From: Isurus oxyrinchus
Lineage: Eukaryota
Assembly: GCA_026770705.1 (NCBI GenBank)
Contig: JANJGN010000038.1
Location: forward strand, 2,232,001 to 2,296,000
Length of the DNA: 64,000 nucleotides
Direction of reading: 5' to 3'
The stretch's first letter is position 1. Every line of letters starts with the position of its first letter. This document shows positions 1-12,320 of this stretch, one piece after another. Under the pieces are notes generated by a model. The model had not been told where the DNA came from and made no database searches. It saw only the letters and a list, made by a program, of their open reading frames with translations. A program made the translations under genes and the position numbers.

Positions 1-868
1 CGTGCACTTGCACACGTGCTCTGCCAAACATTTCAAAATATCTCGGAATTTGCCTCCAGTCTGTTTCCTCCTGTTTCTCAAGTATTCTTAACTCTGCTGC
101 TATTTGCCTCTCCTGGTGTTATGTGCGCCATGTTTTTCCTATCATCCTGTAGCTCACCTATTATTTGAAAATAAATAATACCTCAACTCAATGGCACTAG
201 TCCCTTTCTTGAATCAATTCACCGACCGGCACTTATAACAATAATTACGCTGGAATCTGTTTGTGTTAACGGTGAGCAGCTGCGATTTTCCTAAAATAGA
301 TATATATGAGGCAACACAAATAAGCAGATGGCAGTAAAATCGCAGCAAAACAGGCCGAATATTTATGTAAATTAGCGCAGAAATAGGGCCACAACAGAGA
401 GCTTAGTGACAAAAGAGTAACCAGAAATTCCCCACCAACCAAAACAGATTCATAATGATCAACGAATGCAAATATTACAATGAGGAACACAGATTGCTTC
501 AGTATTTGTTGATTCAATGTTTTTCTTTCCCATTAGTAAAAATGAAAAAAATGCAGGATTCTACACGGTGATAAGAGCAAAGAATCTTCTGCAAAGCATG
601 CAGTTCGACAAAACAGAAAAAAACATTTCTGCAAAAACATACCATTTCCAACATTTCTACTTAAACTGTAAGCATATTTCTGTGAATGGCCCATTTTTAA
701 TTTTACAAGAGGTAGCAAAAACTCTATTTACGCATTGATTTACTGTTTGTAGCATATAAATGATTTTTTAAACCCTGTGTTCTCCAGATTTAAAATATTT
801 CTGGGGCTACCAATTTATTATCTGTTTTTCGTTCCCTCTTCTATTCAACCATCTTCTGTTGGTACAAC

Positions 869-1750
869 AATGACCTTCCTTTCATCCTCAGGTCAGAAGT
901 GGAGATGTTCGCTGATTGCACAATGTTCAGCACCATTCGCCACTCCTCAGGTACTCAGGACAATATCCAGACTTGGGCTGACATTTGGAAATTAACATCC
1001 CCACCACACAAGTGAGAGGCAATAACCATCTCCAACAACTGAGTATCTAACCATTGCCCTTTGACGTTCAATGCATTGCCATCGCTGAAATCCCCAATGT
1101 CAAATACCTTGGGGTTACCTTTAACAATAAACTGAATTGGGCGAGCCATATACAATGTGTGACTACAAGAGCAAGTCAGAGGGTATGAATCCTGCGGCGA
1201 GTAACTCACCTTCTGACTCCCCAAAGCCTGTTCACCACCTACAAGGTACAGGTTAGGAGTGTCCCCACTTGCTGGATGAGTGCAGCTCCAACAATACTCA
1301 CGAGGCTTGACACCGTCTACGCCAAAAATGCCGCTTGATTTTCAATACATCCACAAACATTTACTCTCTCCACCACCAACAAATGTGGCAGCAGTGTGTA
1401 CCAGCTACAAGATGCTCTGCAGGAATTCACCAAGGCTCCTGAGACAGAACCTTCCAAACCCACGACCGCTACCATCTATAAAACAAGGACAGCGGACACA
1501 TTGGGACACCAGCAACTGGGAGTTGCCCTTCAAGCAACTCATCATCCTGACTTGGAAGTATATTGCTGCTCCTTCGTGTGGCTGGGTCAAAATCCTGGAA
1601 TTCCCTCCCTCACAGTTCTCTGGGTGTACCTACACCCCATGGACTGCAACAATTCATGAAGGCAGCTCACCAGCACATTGGCAAGGGCAATCAGCAATAG
1701 GCAATAAATTCTGGCCTAACCAGAGAGGCCCATACCTCATGAATGAATAA
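869..1750 (+). mobile_element. CR1/L2-group LINE, 3' RT fragment with 3' UTR (degenerate)
   Basis: Reads NDL..SEVEMFAD..TMFSTI (FADD-type RT motif), then ILGVT..KLNW..HI. Its 3' tail (gggcaat..aataaat.ctggcc) is shared with 5700-6900 and 33380-33715. Confidence 0.8.
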
Positions 1751-3974
1751 CAAAAAGCTTTCCTTTTCCTGCCTTTCCCTCTTCAATTCAAGACGGTTAT
1801 TCCTACTTCCCTTCCCCTCTCTGCTAGTCTTCAATTCAGCAATTCAATTCTCCTTCCCTCTCTTTCCATGATCCATTGATGAATATAAGTCACTTTTCTC
1901 TCTTTCTCACTTCAATTGAACAAATTACCTTTTTTTTCAATTTCTAACCGTTTTACTTTTCTATTCCATTGATGAGAGTTAGATCTCTTTGTCATATCTC
2001 AGTCAGAACCTCCTTCCACAATCAGTTAACATGTTTGACCACACATCAACAGACTTGCACTCATTGGCTCTCTGTCGACCCACCAATCGGTCAGGCTGAA
2101 ACCATTCAGCATGGCCTCCTATCAATGATTACCCTTATCACCCATCACAATGCCCCTGCAGGATTCTTTAAGCAGTTGCTCGCCCTTTCTCTTACTGAAG
2201 TACCCCCTTTCCCGCATCTATTGCTCTCCCTGGCCTTTGGTTAACACGTCTGTTGAAATTAGTTTGAGAACAATTTAACCTGCCTCTTCCACTGAGATTT
2301 CAGCCCTTTGTTGCCGTTGAGAATTCTGATGGATTGTTCTCCCTAAAAGTTAACTAATTGGCCAGCACCAAAGTTGAGCGTTTGTGGCAGGGACTTATTC
2401 TGATCTGATTTGTTCTGTTTATTACGTAAAACATTTTTATTTTCAGCTTACACTTGCAGTAACATGGTGAAGTTTCATGTACATCAGGCCTTTATACATA
2501 TTGCCTTCTACATGCACTATTCAACCATGGACTGAAGAATATGGGGTATGTCACCCATTTGTGTACAGATTGTGGATCTAATTAATCGTGCTGCAAATGA
2601 ATGCACACAGCACCTGATGATGCACAGTCTGGACCGTCAGAACTCCCGCACATAACATGGTGAAGGTGAAAAATGCAGGTTGTAAGGAGACGTCAAAAAT
2701 GGATAGGCAATCATTTCATCATCAGAACCATTCACTGGCCACAGTTGCAAAATGCCAATGTAGGAAGATGTGTGGCTGAAAAGAATAGGTTTATGACAAA
2801 ACATTTCAATCCAGTCATTTCCTTGGGTTAGCCCATCAGCTGAGGCAGGCCCGGTCTAACATTGTAAAGCCTGGTTCAGAATGCTGGCTCAGATGTGGTG
2901 GCAATACAGAATAGCACTTGATCCTATCAGCCTTTCCACTAAAGGCTGTTCCACGTGTTAGAACACATATTCGATGATGCAATGGGTGTAGATTGTGCTC
3001 AGGTGGAGGTTTCCCTTTTCTCGTTGAAAACGAAACAACGGGGTTTATGGAATCTGGAGCCGGAAGACAAATAGCTGAGGACCACGGCAGGCCTGGTGCC
3101 AATTCAGATGGTCGTGTGTTGGCAATGATGGGACACTTGTATAGATGGCGATGAGGAGCCTGCTTATTGACTATCTGTCAAATGAGCATAATTTACATTA
3201 TATAATATGGGAAATGGGGCTGAAACATATGATAGCAGATAATTCCACTTGAAGAGATTGCGTCAGCGTGTTCTAGTGAAATAGCGACCCCATGTGGCTA
3301 TGAGTGATATAACTCGAACGTTGCACGAACATAACTGTATTGTTCGAATTTATTTTCCTTAGCAACACAACACTGTGAGACTAAATTGTAATGAAACAAC
3401 TTCCCAATGCATTCACTTCCAAGACTTTCCCCGTTTCTGTTCTGAGTCAGATGGAATTCAAACTGAGGACCCTAGGGAAGCTCATGCTTTGCTGTTGTGG
3501 CAAATTAATCGATAATTGTAAAATTCTTTACTTAGATAATCAATAATCCTAACTGCTAAAAATCAAATACCAAATCTTTAAGTGTAAATTTGCCTGGTAT
3601 AAGTCCCAGAAAGTATTTGAGTGTAGGTTACGGGGTTTAACTGCAATTCATCAACTAATTCATTCCATTAATGGAATTACCACTATTTCCATTAATGCCA
3701 CAATCTCCCACTTCAGATTCCTGGGGCATTGGGATGATTTGGGAGAAAGAAAGACCTTCAAATGCCGATGGGCTGCAACTCAAAGGCTCCAAAATAAATA
3801 TCCTGGCATGATTGTTTGCTGGTGTTTTTGGAAATGGTTTTAATTATCTTGGCCGGACGATGAGAATCTGAACGTCCACTTGGATTGGATAGAAGCACAG
3901 CTTGAAATTTTAGGCAGATAATTAAAAGGCCCTAACGATAGACAGGGGAAGCAAAGATTTGAATTTAGGCAACA

Positions 3975-4630
3975 CGATCGAAAGAAATGGGAGCAGGAGT
4001 GGGCCATTTGCTCTCGAGCCTACTCGGCCATTTAACAAGATCATGGCTGACCTGATTGTGACATTAACTCTACTTTCCCGCCTGCCGTCATAACCTGTGG
4101 CTCCCTTGTAGATAAAAATTCTGTCTCATTCAGCCTTGAACATATTCAATTACCCAACCCCCACCTCTCCCTGGGGAAAATAATTCCAAAGACTGACGAC
4201 CATCTGAGAGAAGAATTTCGTTTTAGCCCCCGTCCTAAAAGGGTGAGCCCTTATTATTGTACAATGACAATACTAAAATACTAAAAGGGAAAGGCAGGGT
4301 AGATGCAGGTCAGATGTTGGTCCATGCCGGGGAGTCTAGAACCAGGTACACAAGTTCAAAATAAGGTAGAATCCACTTAGGACAGATGAGGGTTGCTTTT
4401 TTTTTCCCAGAGGTTTGTGAATCTTTGGGATTCTCTAACCCAGAGGGCTGTAGAAGCTTAGCCATTGAGTATGTTTAAAGTAGAGGTCGACATATCTCTA
4501 AATACCAATGACATAAAAGGGATTTGGGAATAATGTGGGGAAAAGTATTGAAGTAGATGACCAGACACGATAGTATTGCATGGCGGGGCAGGCTGGACAT
4601 GAGCAATGGCTCACTCCCCCTCTTATGTTC
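3975..4630. mobile_element. Two CR1 LINE 3'-end fragments (about 3975-4265 minus, 4270-4630 plus)
   Basis: Typical CR1 3' ORF2/UTR text (ggggagtctagaaccagg, gtgaatctttgg..ttctcta, ggccatt..ctcgagcct). Confidence 0.65.
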
Positions 4631-5699
4631 CTGTGGATCCTCTCTCTCTCTCTGCTTCATGCCCTCTGACAATCTCTTCCTCTACTGACTGATTATCATC
4701 CCAGGGATTTCTCTCCATCCCCTTCATCGTCACGTCAGAGATCCCTTCAGAGTCTCCAGGTTATGGGAATAGCAACATATTTCTGTTCACATTCCAGGAT
4801 CTTCCAAAATTATATCTCTGGTGCGCAGTCACTTTCCCACGAAGCAAACTAGAGTAAAGGCTCAAGGTCATTTGTTATTGAATATCATAACGTAAAGGGA
4901 GGGAATAATTAACAACCCTTCTGAAATCCTCAGACTTATATGCAGCAATTCATGTTGGTGTCTTAACTCTTTCTCTGTCCTAATCTCCCCACCACCACCG
5001 CTCCCTACCACGTTACTGTTGAGGACGAGCTTCCTCCCTAATCGGCTTTCGTGCTTAACCACTGCCTCAGTTCTTTCCAGTTTCCCTGCCCTTTATAGCG
5101 TTGGACAGACTCACTACCGTTGAGATGCCAAGGGCTCTCTCCCTCGGGGTCATAACCCTGAGTCAGGAGTCACAGGCGGAACAAACTTCACCACTGGACA
5201 GAGGTTGGAACCGGCCATGATCCCTGCTCCTGAATCAATGCGGGTAACAACCAAGCACAGTGATGTGACATCATCAATGCAGGGTCAATCAGCGACAGGC
5301 ACGTCTGTGTGACGTCAAAGCCCTGCCCATACCTGCCGTTTATTGTAAAGAGCAGTTCGATTGAAACTGACTTCAATTCTCATCAAAATCCTCATTCCTC
5401 AATCCTCATTCAATGTTAACACTCATTGGACCATGAAATGCAATGACTCTGCCAGTTTACTTTGTTTGCATCCTGTGTCTTAGCGCCTCAATTTGTATAT
5501 AGTCCTTGTTCTTCATATACCATTGTATGCAGCGTAGCTTCATGACAGAAAGATATTTCCTGAAAGCTGCAGCTCTCACCAGTGGCACCGGTCAATTGGC
5601 AGCTCTGTAAGTTTAAGCAAAGATGGGGGACCTCAAATGGAATTATTTCATGGGAGATCTCAAATGGAAACTGCGACTGTAAATTAAAATATTGACGAA

Positions 5700-6900
5700 T
5701 ATGCCTGGGTTATCATCAGTAAAGTGTTGGAAGGGGTCATTAACAGTGCAAACAAAAGGCATTTATTTATCAATAACCTGCTCCCTGAGGCTCAGTTTCG
5801 GTTCCGCCAGTGTCGCTCAGCTCATGATCTCATTACAGCCTTAGTTCAAATAAGGCCAGTACAGCTGAACTCCCGAGTTGATGTGAGATTGACTGCCCAT
5901 GAGGTTAAGGCCACATTTGACTGAGTGTTGCATCAAGCAGCCCAAGCAAAGCTTGAATCAATGGGATCGGGGAAAAAACACTTCACTGGTTGCAGTCATA
6001 ACGAGCACAAAGGAAGAAGGTTGTGGTTGTTTGACATCAATCATCTCAGTTCCAGGATATCACTGCAGGAGCTCGTCAGGATCCTGCCTTAGGCCCAACC
6101 ATCTTCAGCTCCTCCATCAATGACCTTCCTTCCATCATAAGGTCAGAAGTGGAGATGTTTGCTGATGATTGCACAACGCCCAGCATCATTGACGACTCCT
6201 CAGATACTAAAGCAGTCCATATCCAAATGCAGCAGGGCCTGGACAATATCCAGGCTTGGGCTGACAAGTGGTAAGGAACATTCACACCACGGAATTACCA
6301 TCTCCAACAAGAAAAAATCTAACCATCGCTCCTTGACAATCCACCCACTCCACCCCACCCCACCTCCCACCGTCTATATCTTGGGGGTTACCGTTGGCCA
6401 GAAACTGAACCGGAGTAGACATATAAATGCTGTGGCTACAAGGGCACGTCAGGCACTAGGAATCCTATGGCAAGTAACTCACTTCCTGACTCCCTAAAGC
6501 TTGCCTACCATCTACAAGGCCCAAGTCAGGAATGTGACGGTGTACTCTCCCCTTGCCTGGATGAATGTGTAGCTCCAACAAGGCCCAGGAAGATAAACAA
6601 TATGCAGGAAAAAGCAACTAGTATGATTGGCAACTCACCCACAAACGATAGACGGGGGTGCCACGGCCGGAGAGATCCCCTCCAATCTACTTACCATCCT
6701 AACTTGGAAATATATCACTGTTCCTTCACTGTCATTGGGTCAAATTCCTGGAACTCCCTCCGTAGCCACACAGTTGCCACATCACAGGAAGTGCTGCAGT
6801 TCAAGAAGGCTACTCACCACCACCCTCTCAAGGCCAATTAGGGATGGGCACTAAATGCTGGCCCAGCCAGCGAAGCCCACATCCCATAAATCAACAATAA
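5700..6900 (+). mobile_element. CR1/L2-group LINE RT fragment (degenerate)
   Basis: Frameshifted RT: LLPEAQFRFRQ..SA.DL, KATFD, CLRPNHL, NDLPSIIRSEVEMFADDCT, LDNIQAWADKW. Same family as 869-1750. Confidence 0.85.
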
Positions 6901-7221
6901 AACTGATTATGGTGTTATTGTTTTGATCTTATTATTGCTGCAATTGATGCCCTTTGGCTACGGTTTCTATGTAATATTGATTTTGAGATTATTTGGCTCT
7001 GTTTTTTTTTGAATGCCCAAGTCACAACCTTTTCAGTGAAACAGATGGACTTCATTTAAATAATTTCACAATGATGAGGCTCGGCTGTTGGTTTCATCAG
7101 AATAAATTGTTGCGATATTACTAATTATCAAATAATGGAACCAAAAATGATTAAGTCTGTAAATTAAGGGTGATTAATATTTTGTTATTGAAGGTTAGTC
7201 AGCATTTTGGGTCAAACATGG

Positions 7222-7752
7222 TTATGTGTGTTTTGTGTGTGTGTTACTGTGGGTGTGTGTGATTGTGTTGGTCTGCGTATTTGTGCGTCTATGTATGCGT
7301 GTATTTGTGTGAGTGTGTGTTTCTACATATGTATGTATGTGTCCATTTGTGTATGTATATGTGTGTGTTCGTGTGTTTGTATGTATTCGTGTGTGGTTGT
7401 GTGTTTCTGTGTGTGTGTGTGTGTGTGCGTGTGTTTGTGTTTACTTGTACATATCTGTGCATATGTGTGTGTCTGTATACATCTTTGTTTCTGTGCGTGC
7501 TTTTCTATGCGTATGTGTCCGTTTGTGTATGCAAGCATAGGTGTCCGTGTGTGTGCATGTGTGTTTGTGTTTGTGTGTGTTTATCCGTGAATGTGCTTCT
7601 GTGTGTGTGTGTGCACGTGTGCTATTGTGTACCTGCATATTTGTGAGCATACGTGTGTGTCTGTGTTTGCGTGTATAAGTGCATCTGTGTTTGTGTGACT
7701 GTGTCTGTGCTTTCTTGTGCACCTTTGTGTCTTTGTGTGCATGTGTTCGTGT
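7222..7752. repeat. Degenerate (TG)n microsatellite, about 530 bp
   Basis: TG-dinucleotide tract; explains the Cys/Val and His/Thr ORFs in the track. Confidence 0.95.
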
Positions 7753-8431
7753 GATCCTCAGTTTGATTTCCATCAGATCGATGTATCAATCAAGCCTATC
7801 AATCTGGAACAACGTGAGATACATACCAAGGAAAATCACCCTTAACAGTGTCCCGCAAACCCCTCCAGTTCAGATACGTAACTGAAGAGAGACGGAGTAA
7901 AGCTACCTTCACACTTTACATTGAAAGATTCCAAGTTCAGGCAGGTCACTGACAAAATGCACGGTTCTGGATGGATCAGGAGTCATTACGCCTGAAAATG
8001 GGTAATAGATCAGCATTCACTTTGGAATAATGAGACATATTATTTCATTTCATTAAATTACTCTGACCATTTATTTCACATGTTACCTTTATATTTCCTT
8101 GGTGTCACACTCATTTCTCAGATTGATGTGTTATTTGTCTCTTTTGTCCGATGAAAAGTGAATTCTTGCGCATTCTCCTCACGTCTTTCTTCTACCACTT
8201 GTCTCTAGACTGTAGCACAGCACAACATCGGACAGCCAATTCTTGTTAGTAGGTAATTTAAAAGAAATGCGAAATAGCGTTGGCATTCCTCTTCATGATG
8301 CATTAGTATCTAAAATTAAGCCACATCACAGGGGCAGTTGGCAGAGTAAGAAGATAATTAACATAATGATACGTACGAGGGGAATTACATGTATTATTTG
8401 TAGATATAGATGGCATCAATAAATTTATCAG

Positions 8432-8435
8432 TCTA

Positions 8436-8469
<34 letters not shown>

Positions 8470-8512
8470 CATTGATCGATCTATCGGACTTCTGTCTGTC
8501 CATCCATCCATC
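8432..8512. repeat. (TCTG)n/(TCTA)n/(TCCA)n compound microsatellite
   Basis: Directly visible tetranucleotide runs. Confidence 0.85.
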
Positions 8513-9964
8513 AACTCTCGCTGCACTCTGATCCTGAAAGTTCCTCGACCTAAAATATTAACACTGTTCGTATCCCCACAAACGCTGCCTGGACTATTGT
8601 TTCAAGATAATTGCGAATGTGTGTCCTGTTGAGCATTTCCGCATTTTGTTTTTAATTCATTTACCTGCTGTGGCCACAGGATGGTGCACCAGCATCCCAG
8701 TCTTGTTAAAAACCCGCGGACCTGCCGGTTCAATGGCTTCACAGGTGACAGCTGGGATTTCAGGAAACACAACGGTGTCCTAAAATCTTGCACGGTGGCT
8801 TGTTTAGGGCAGGAAACTATTAATAAGTTTAAGTGTCACGTTATGGAAAAATGTGACATTAAAATCTCGGGTATATTGCATTGCATGGTCCAATCTGTTG
8901 TCCGTAAAAAGAATAAAACATCCTCAATCCAAAATGATTTTTTAACGTCTCATTAATAGACAGACAGAAAATTGCTTCTAGCTTTCATGAGTGGATAAGC
9001 ATTGACCACACCTTGAAATTTTCTATAAACAGCTTGGACGTCCAAATTCCTTCACCATTGCACAAGACTCAGTGTGATAACATTTCCGGCCAGGAAAGAA
9101 GCATTCTTGTCTTTCTGTGTGAAGGCAATACAAAGGAAGATAATATTTCTGTTCGATTTCAAATAGGTAGCCTTACACGTGTGAAAAATACGCGATAAGC
9201 AATCCATTACAGAAACACACCACAGCAAACAACATGGAGGAACAGCCAAAATTTTAAATAGTGCAGGCTTGACGCACACCGGAACCTTTTTTATTTTCCC
9301 TTTAGGAATCATGTTCGAGAACGAGGTATTAGGAAGGTTGCAGAATTTGGTCCAAGAAATTGTATTACAACATTACAACGTGCTAGGCCATTCGGCAATT
9401 GTACCGAGTCCGGATCTTTGAAACAGCTGTCAAATTAGTCCCGCTTCTTGCCTTTTTTCCCCATTACCCTGCAATTCTCCCGTTCAAGCAATTATACAAT
9501 TCTCCATTGAAACTCGTGAGTTAAGAAAAAACGTTATGGACAGTTGTGCAGGAGCCTTTGCAGTTTCGATGCAATGTGCTTGACATTTGCTGGAGTTCCC
9601 CTACCCAAAAACACTGCAAGTTCAATTCGGGATTCTGAATCCGTCTTGAAAATTTATTATTGTAGAACTGATTCCCAATCGAATTTGATCAATACTTATT
9701 CCGATCAAACAAGGCTTTGCTTTACTGAGTCGTTTCACATTAACTATGAAATTGGACACTATCGGGCTGTATGAGTTGCGGAACGTTTTGCTACAGCTAT
9801 AGAAAACTGGGTTAGATTACATCGGTTCGATACACACAGTAGAAAAACTGAAGATCTTTATTATAAGCATAAACAGAGACAGCTCGAAATTGTAGCAATC
9901 AACAAAATTCTATGGATTTTGGAATGGCCCCAGCGTGTAGGAAAACCAGAAAAGTAGAAAGCAG

Positions 9965-11170
9965 GACGATAGCTCTGTTCGTCTAACATCTGTCACAGGG
10001 AAAATGCTTGAGACATTATTCCGGAGACAACATCAGGGCATACAGAAACTCATAATACAACCAGCCAAAGTCAAAAATGTTTTGTGAAAGGGCCATAAAG
10101 GTGCTTGACCAAAGTATTCAAGGTCCTTGAGGAGGTAAAAAGCAGGGTGTATAATGGAGAATGAACAGATACTGTGTATTTAGGTTTCCAAAAAGGCAGT
10201 CAAAAAGGTGCCACCGAAAGTCTTGCTAAGCAAGGTAGGAGATACTGAGGGTAACACATTAAACTGGATACAGGACTGCTTACCTAACAGTAAGCAGAGA
10301 GCCCACAAAATGGATCACTTTCAGGATGACAAACTAACTAAAGGAGTGCAACGGGTCTCAGTGCTGGGGTATGAACTCTTTATGATATGTATCAATGACC
10401 TGGAGGGAGGGACTGAGAATAGGGTGACTAAATTTGCTGACGACACAAAAATATCAGTGATAGCAAGTTGTGAGCAGCACAGCAAAAGCCTGTAAAAAGA
10501 TATGCATAGTTAGTGGGCAGAAAAGTGACAGGCGGAGAATAATGTAGGAAATAGTGATATTGACCACTTTGACAGGAACAAAGGAAAAGCAGATTAGGAT
10601 ATAAATGGAGAGTCTGCAGCAATCTGTGTTACAGAACGATATGGGTTTATTGTTACATGAATCACTAAAAGCTAGTTTGCAGATGCAGTAAGTATTTGGG
10701 AAGTTAAATGGAAAGTTGACATTTATTGGATAGGGAGTGAGCCGTATAATGAAGGCAATGTTTCAATAAATATACAGGCCCTTAGTGAGACTGCGTTTTG
10801 AGCATTGTGTGCAGTTTTGACCTCCTGACTTAAGGAGTGATATAATTACTTTGGAAGGAGTTGAGAGAAGGTTCACGAGGCTGATTCCTGAGGTGAAGTG
10901 TTTGCCAGATCAGAAAAGCTTGAGAAGGTTTGGCCTTTAAGCGTTAGAGTTTAGCAAAATGAAAGGTGACCTTATTGAAACATAAACGATTCTTTGAGGC
11001 TTTGGCCGGGTGCATCCAGGGAGGACGTTTCCCCTTATAATGGAGTCAAGGACTAGGGGGTGCATAGTTAAAATTGGGGTTTCCAATTTGAGATGAATAT
11101 GAGGAGGTTCAGTAGACTTTTGAATTCTCTTCCTCGGGAAAAGAGAGGCAGCTGGGGCATTGATTTGGAA
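9965..11170 (+). mobile_element. CR1 LINE ORF2 RT fragment (degenerate)
   Basis: SLTSVTGKMLE, VYLGFQK, WIQDCL...KQR, GVQRVSVLG..LF.ICINDL, KFADDTKI, followed by CR1 3' region. Confidence 0.85.
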
Positions 11171-12320
11171 ATGGAACTGGTAAAACAGCTATTTCCTGTA
11201 ATTTATGCAAACAGGAAATGCACAATATATGTCAACTCCTGCAGGAGAATACTGCCTGACATGGAGGAGAGTAGAAAAATAGACTTGCTGTGGCTGCCCA
11301 TCTCTGGGTCAAACTGATTCTCTCCACTTCTGTAGGATCAGAGTCTGCTGTGGGATCTACTTGCCAGGAGAATTTTTCTGACTGTCACAGTATCGAGCAG
11401 TAAAATCAGGAGGAAGAAGAGGCATGGAGTTAGAATACAATCCAGCCAGTCAAACATTCTCCATGGAACTGAAATATAAAATGCCAATGTTATGCTCCAG
11501 AGACAGACTACATTATTAAAGATATACATAGGTTAATTTATGAAATAAAAAGTGATGTTTATCAAAGAAACCAGCATCCAGACCATTGCTTAAATTACAG
11601 CTGCTGTTTTTTCAGTGCAGCATTTCATTTTCAACTCCAGGTGACAAATGGCTAGAAAGCGGTAAAAGGTGAAAGCGAAAGTTAACCAGAGGGAGCAGTC
11701 TCTGGAAGGGAAGCTTAGAGCAACAATAAGACGACAGGTGAGAGTGGTGGACATAAAACTGTCTGGAAAATAAACAGCCAGAAACAGCTTAATACCAGTG
11801 TATTGATAATCACAAGGAGATCTGTCACTGCCATGGATACCAGATACTTGGCATCTGGAGAGACCACATCGTCCTCGGAAAGGGTCACGATCGTGAGAAA
11901 GTTAGCTGTAAGGCAGAGAGAAAGAGAGAGAGTTGGAGAGAGAAGGACGGAATTAGTGCTGAAATTCCCAGCTACAACATCAGTTTGGTGGTATGGCGGA
12001 ATGATATGGAATATGGATCATCAATACTTGATTCAACGGTGGAACTGATAAGTTTACCAATGTAAAGATAGTACACTAGGCTACAGAGAGAAGACACTTG
12101 CCCCCTGTAAAAGCCATTACCCAGACAAGCAACCACAGAGACATAGCTCGGCCATCTTGAGGACACAAAGGGTTGAGTTCTGAGAGAATTCCTTTTAAAA
12201 GTTAAGAGAAAGGCACACTATACTATTAAGAAATTGTACTGGATCGTAAGTACTTAACTTCTTCAAATCAATATTTGTTCGAAAATCAAGATTGTTCAAT
12301 AACATGGATTTAAAATTTTA

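Noticed and set aside
3339-3377. CACTGTG heptamer at 3371-3377
   Set aside because: No convincing nonamer at 12- or 23-bp spacing and no V or J frame next to it.
7207-7885. Cys/Val-rich and His/Thr-rich ORFs
   Set aside because: Translations of a (TG)n microsatellite.
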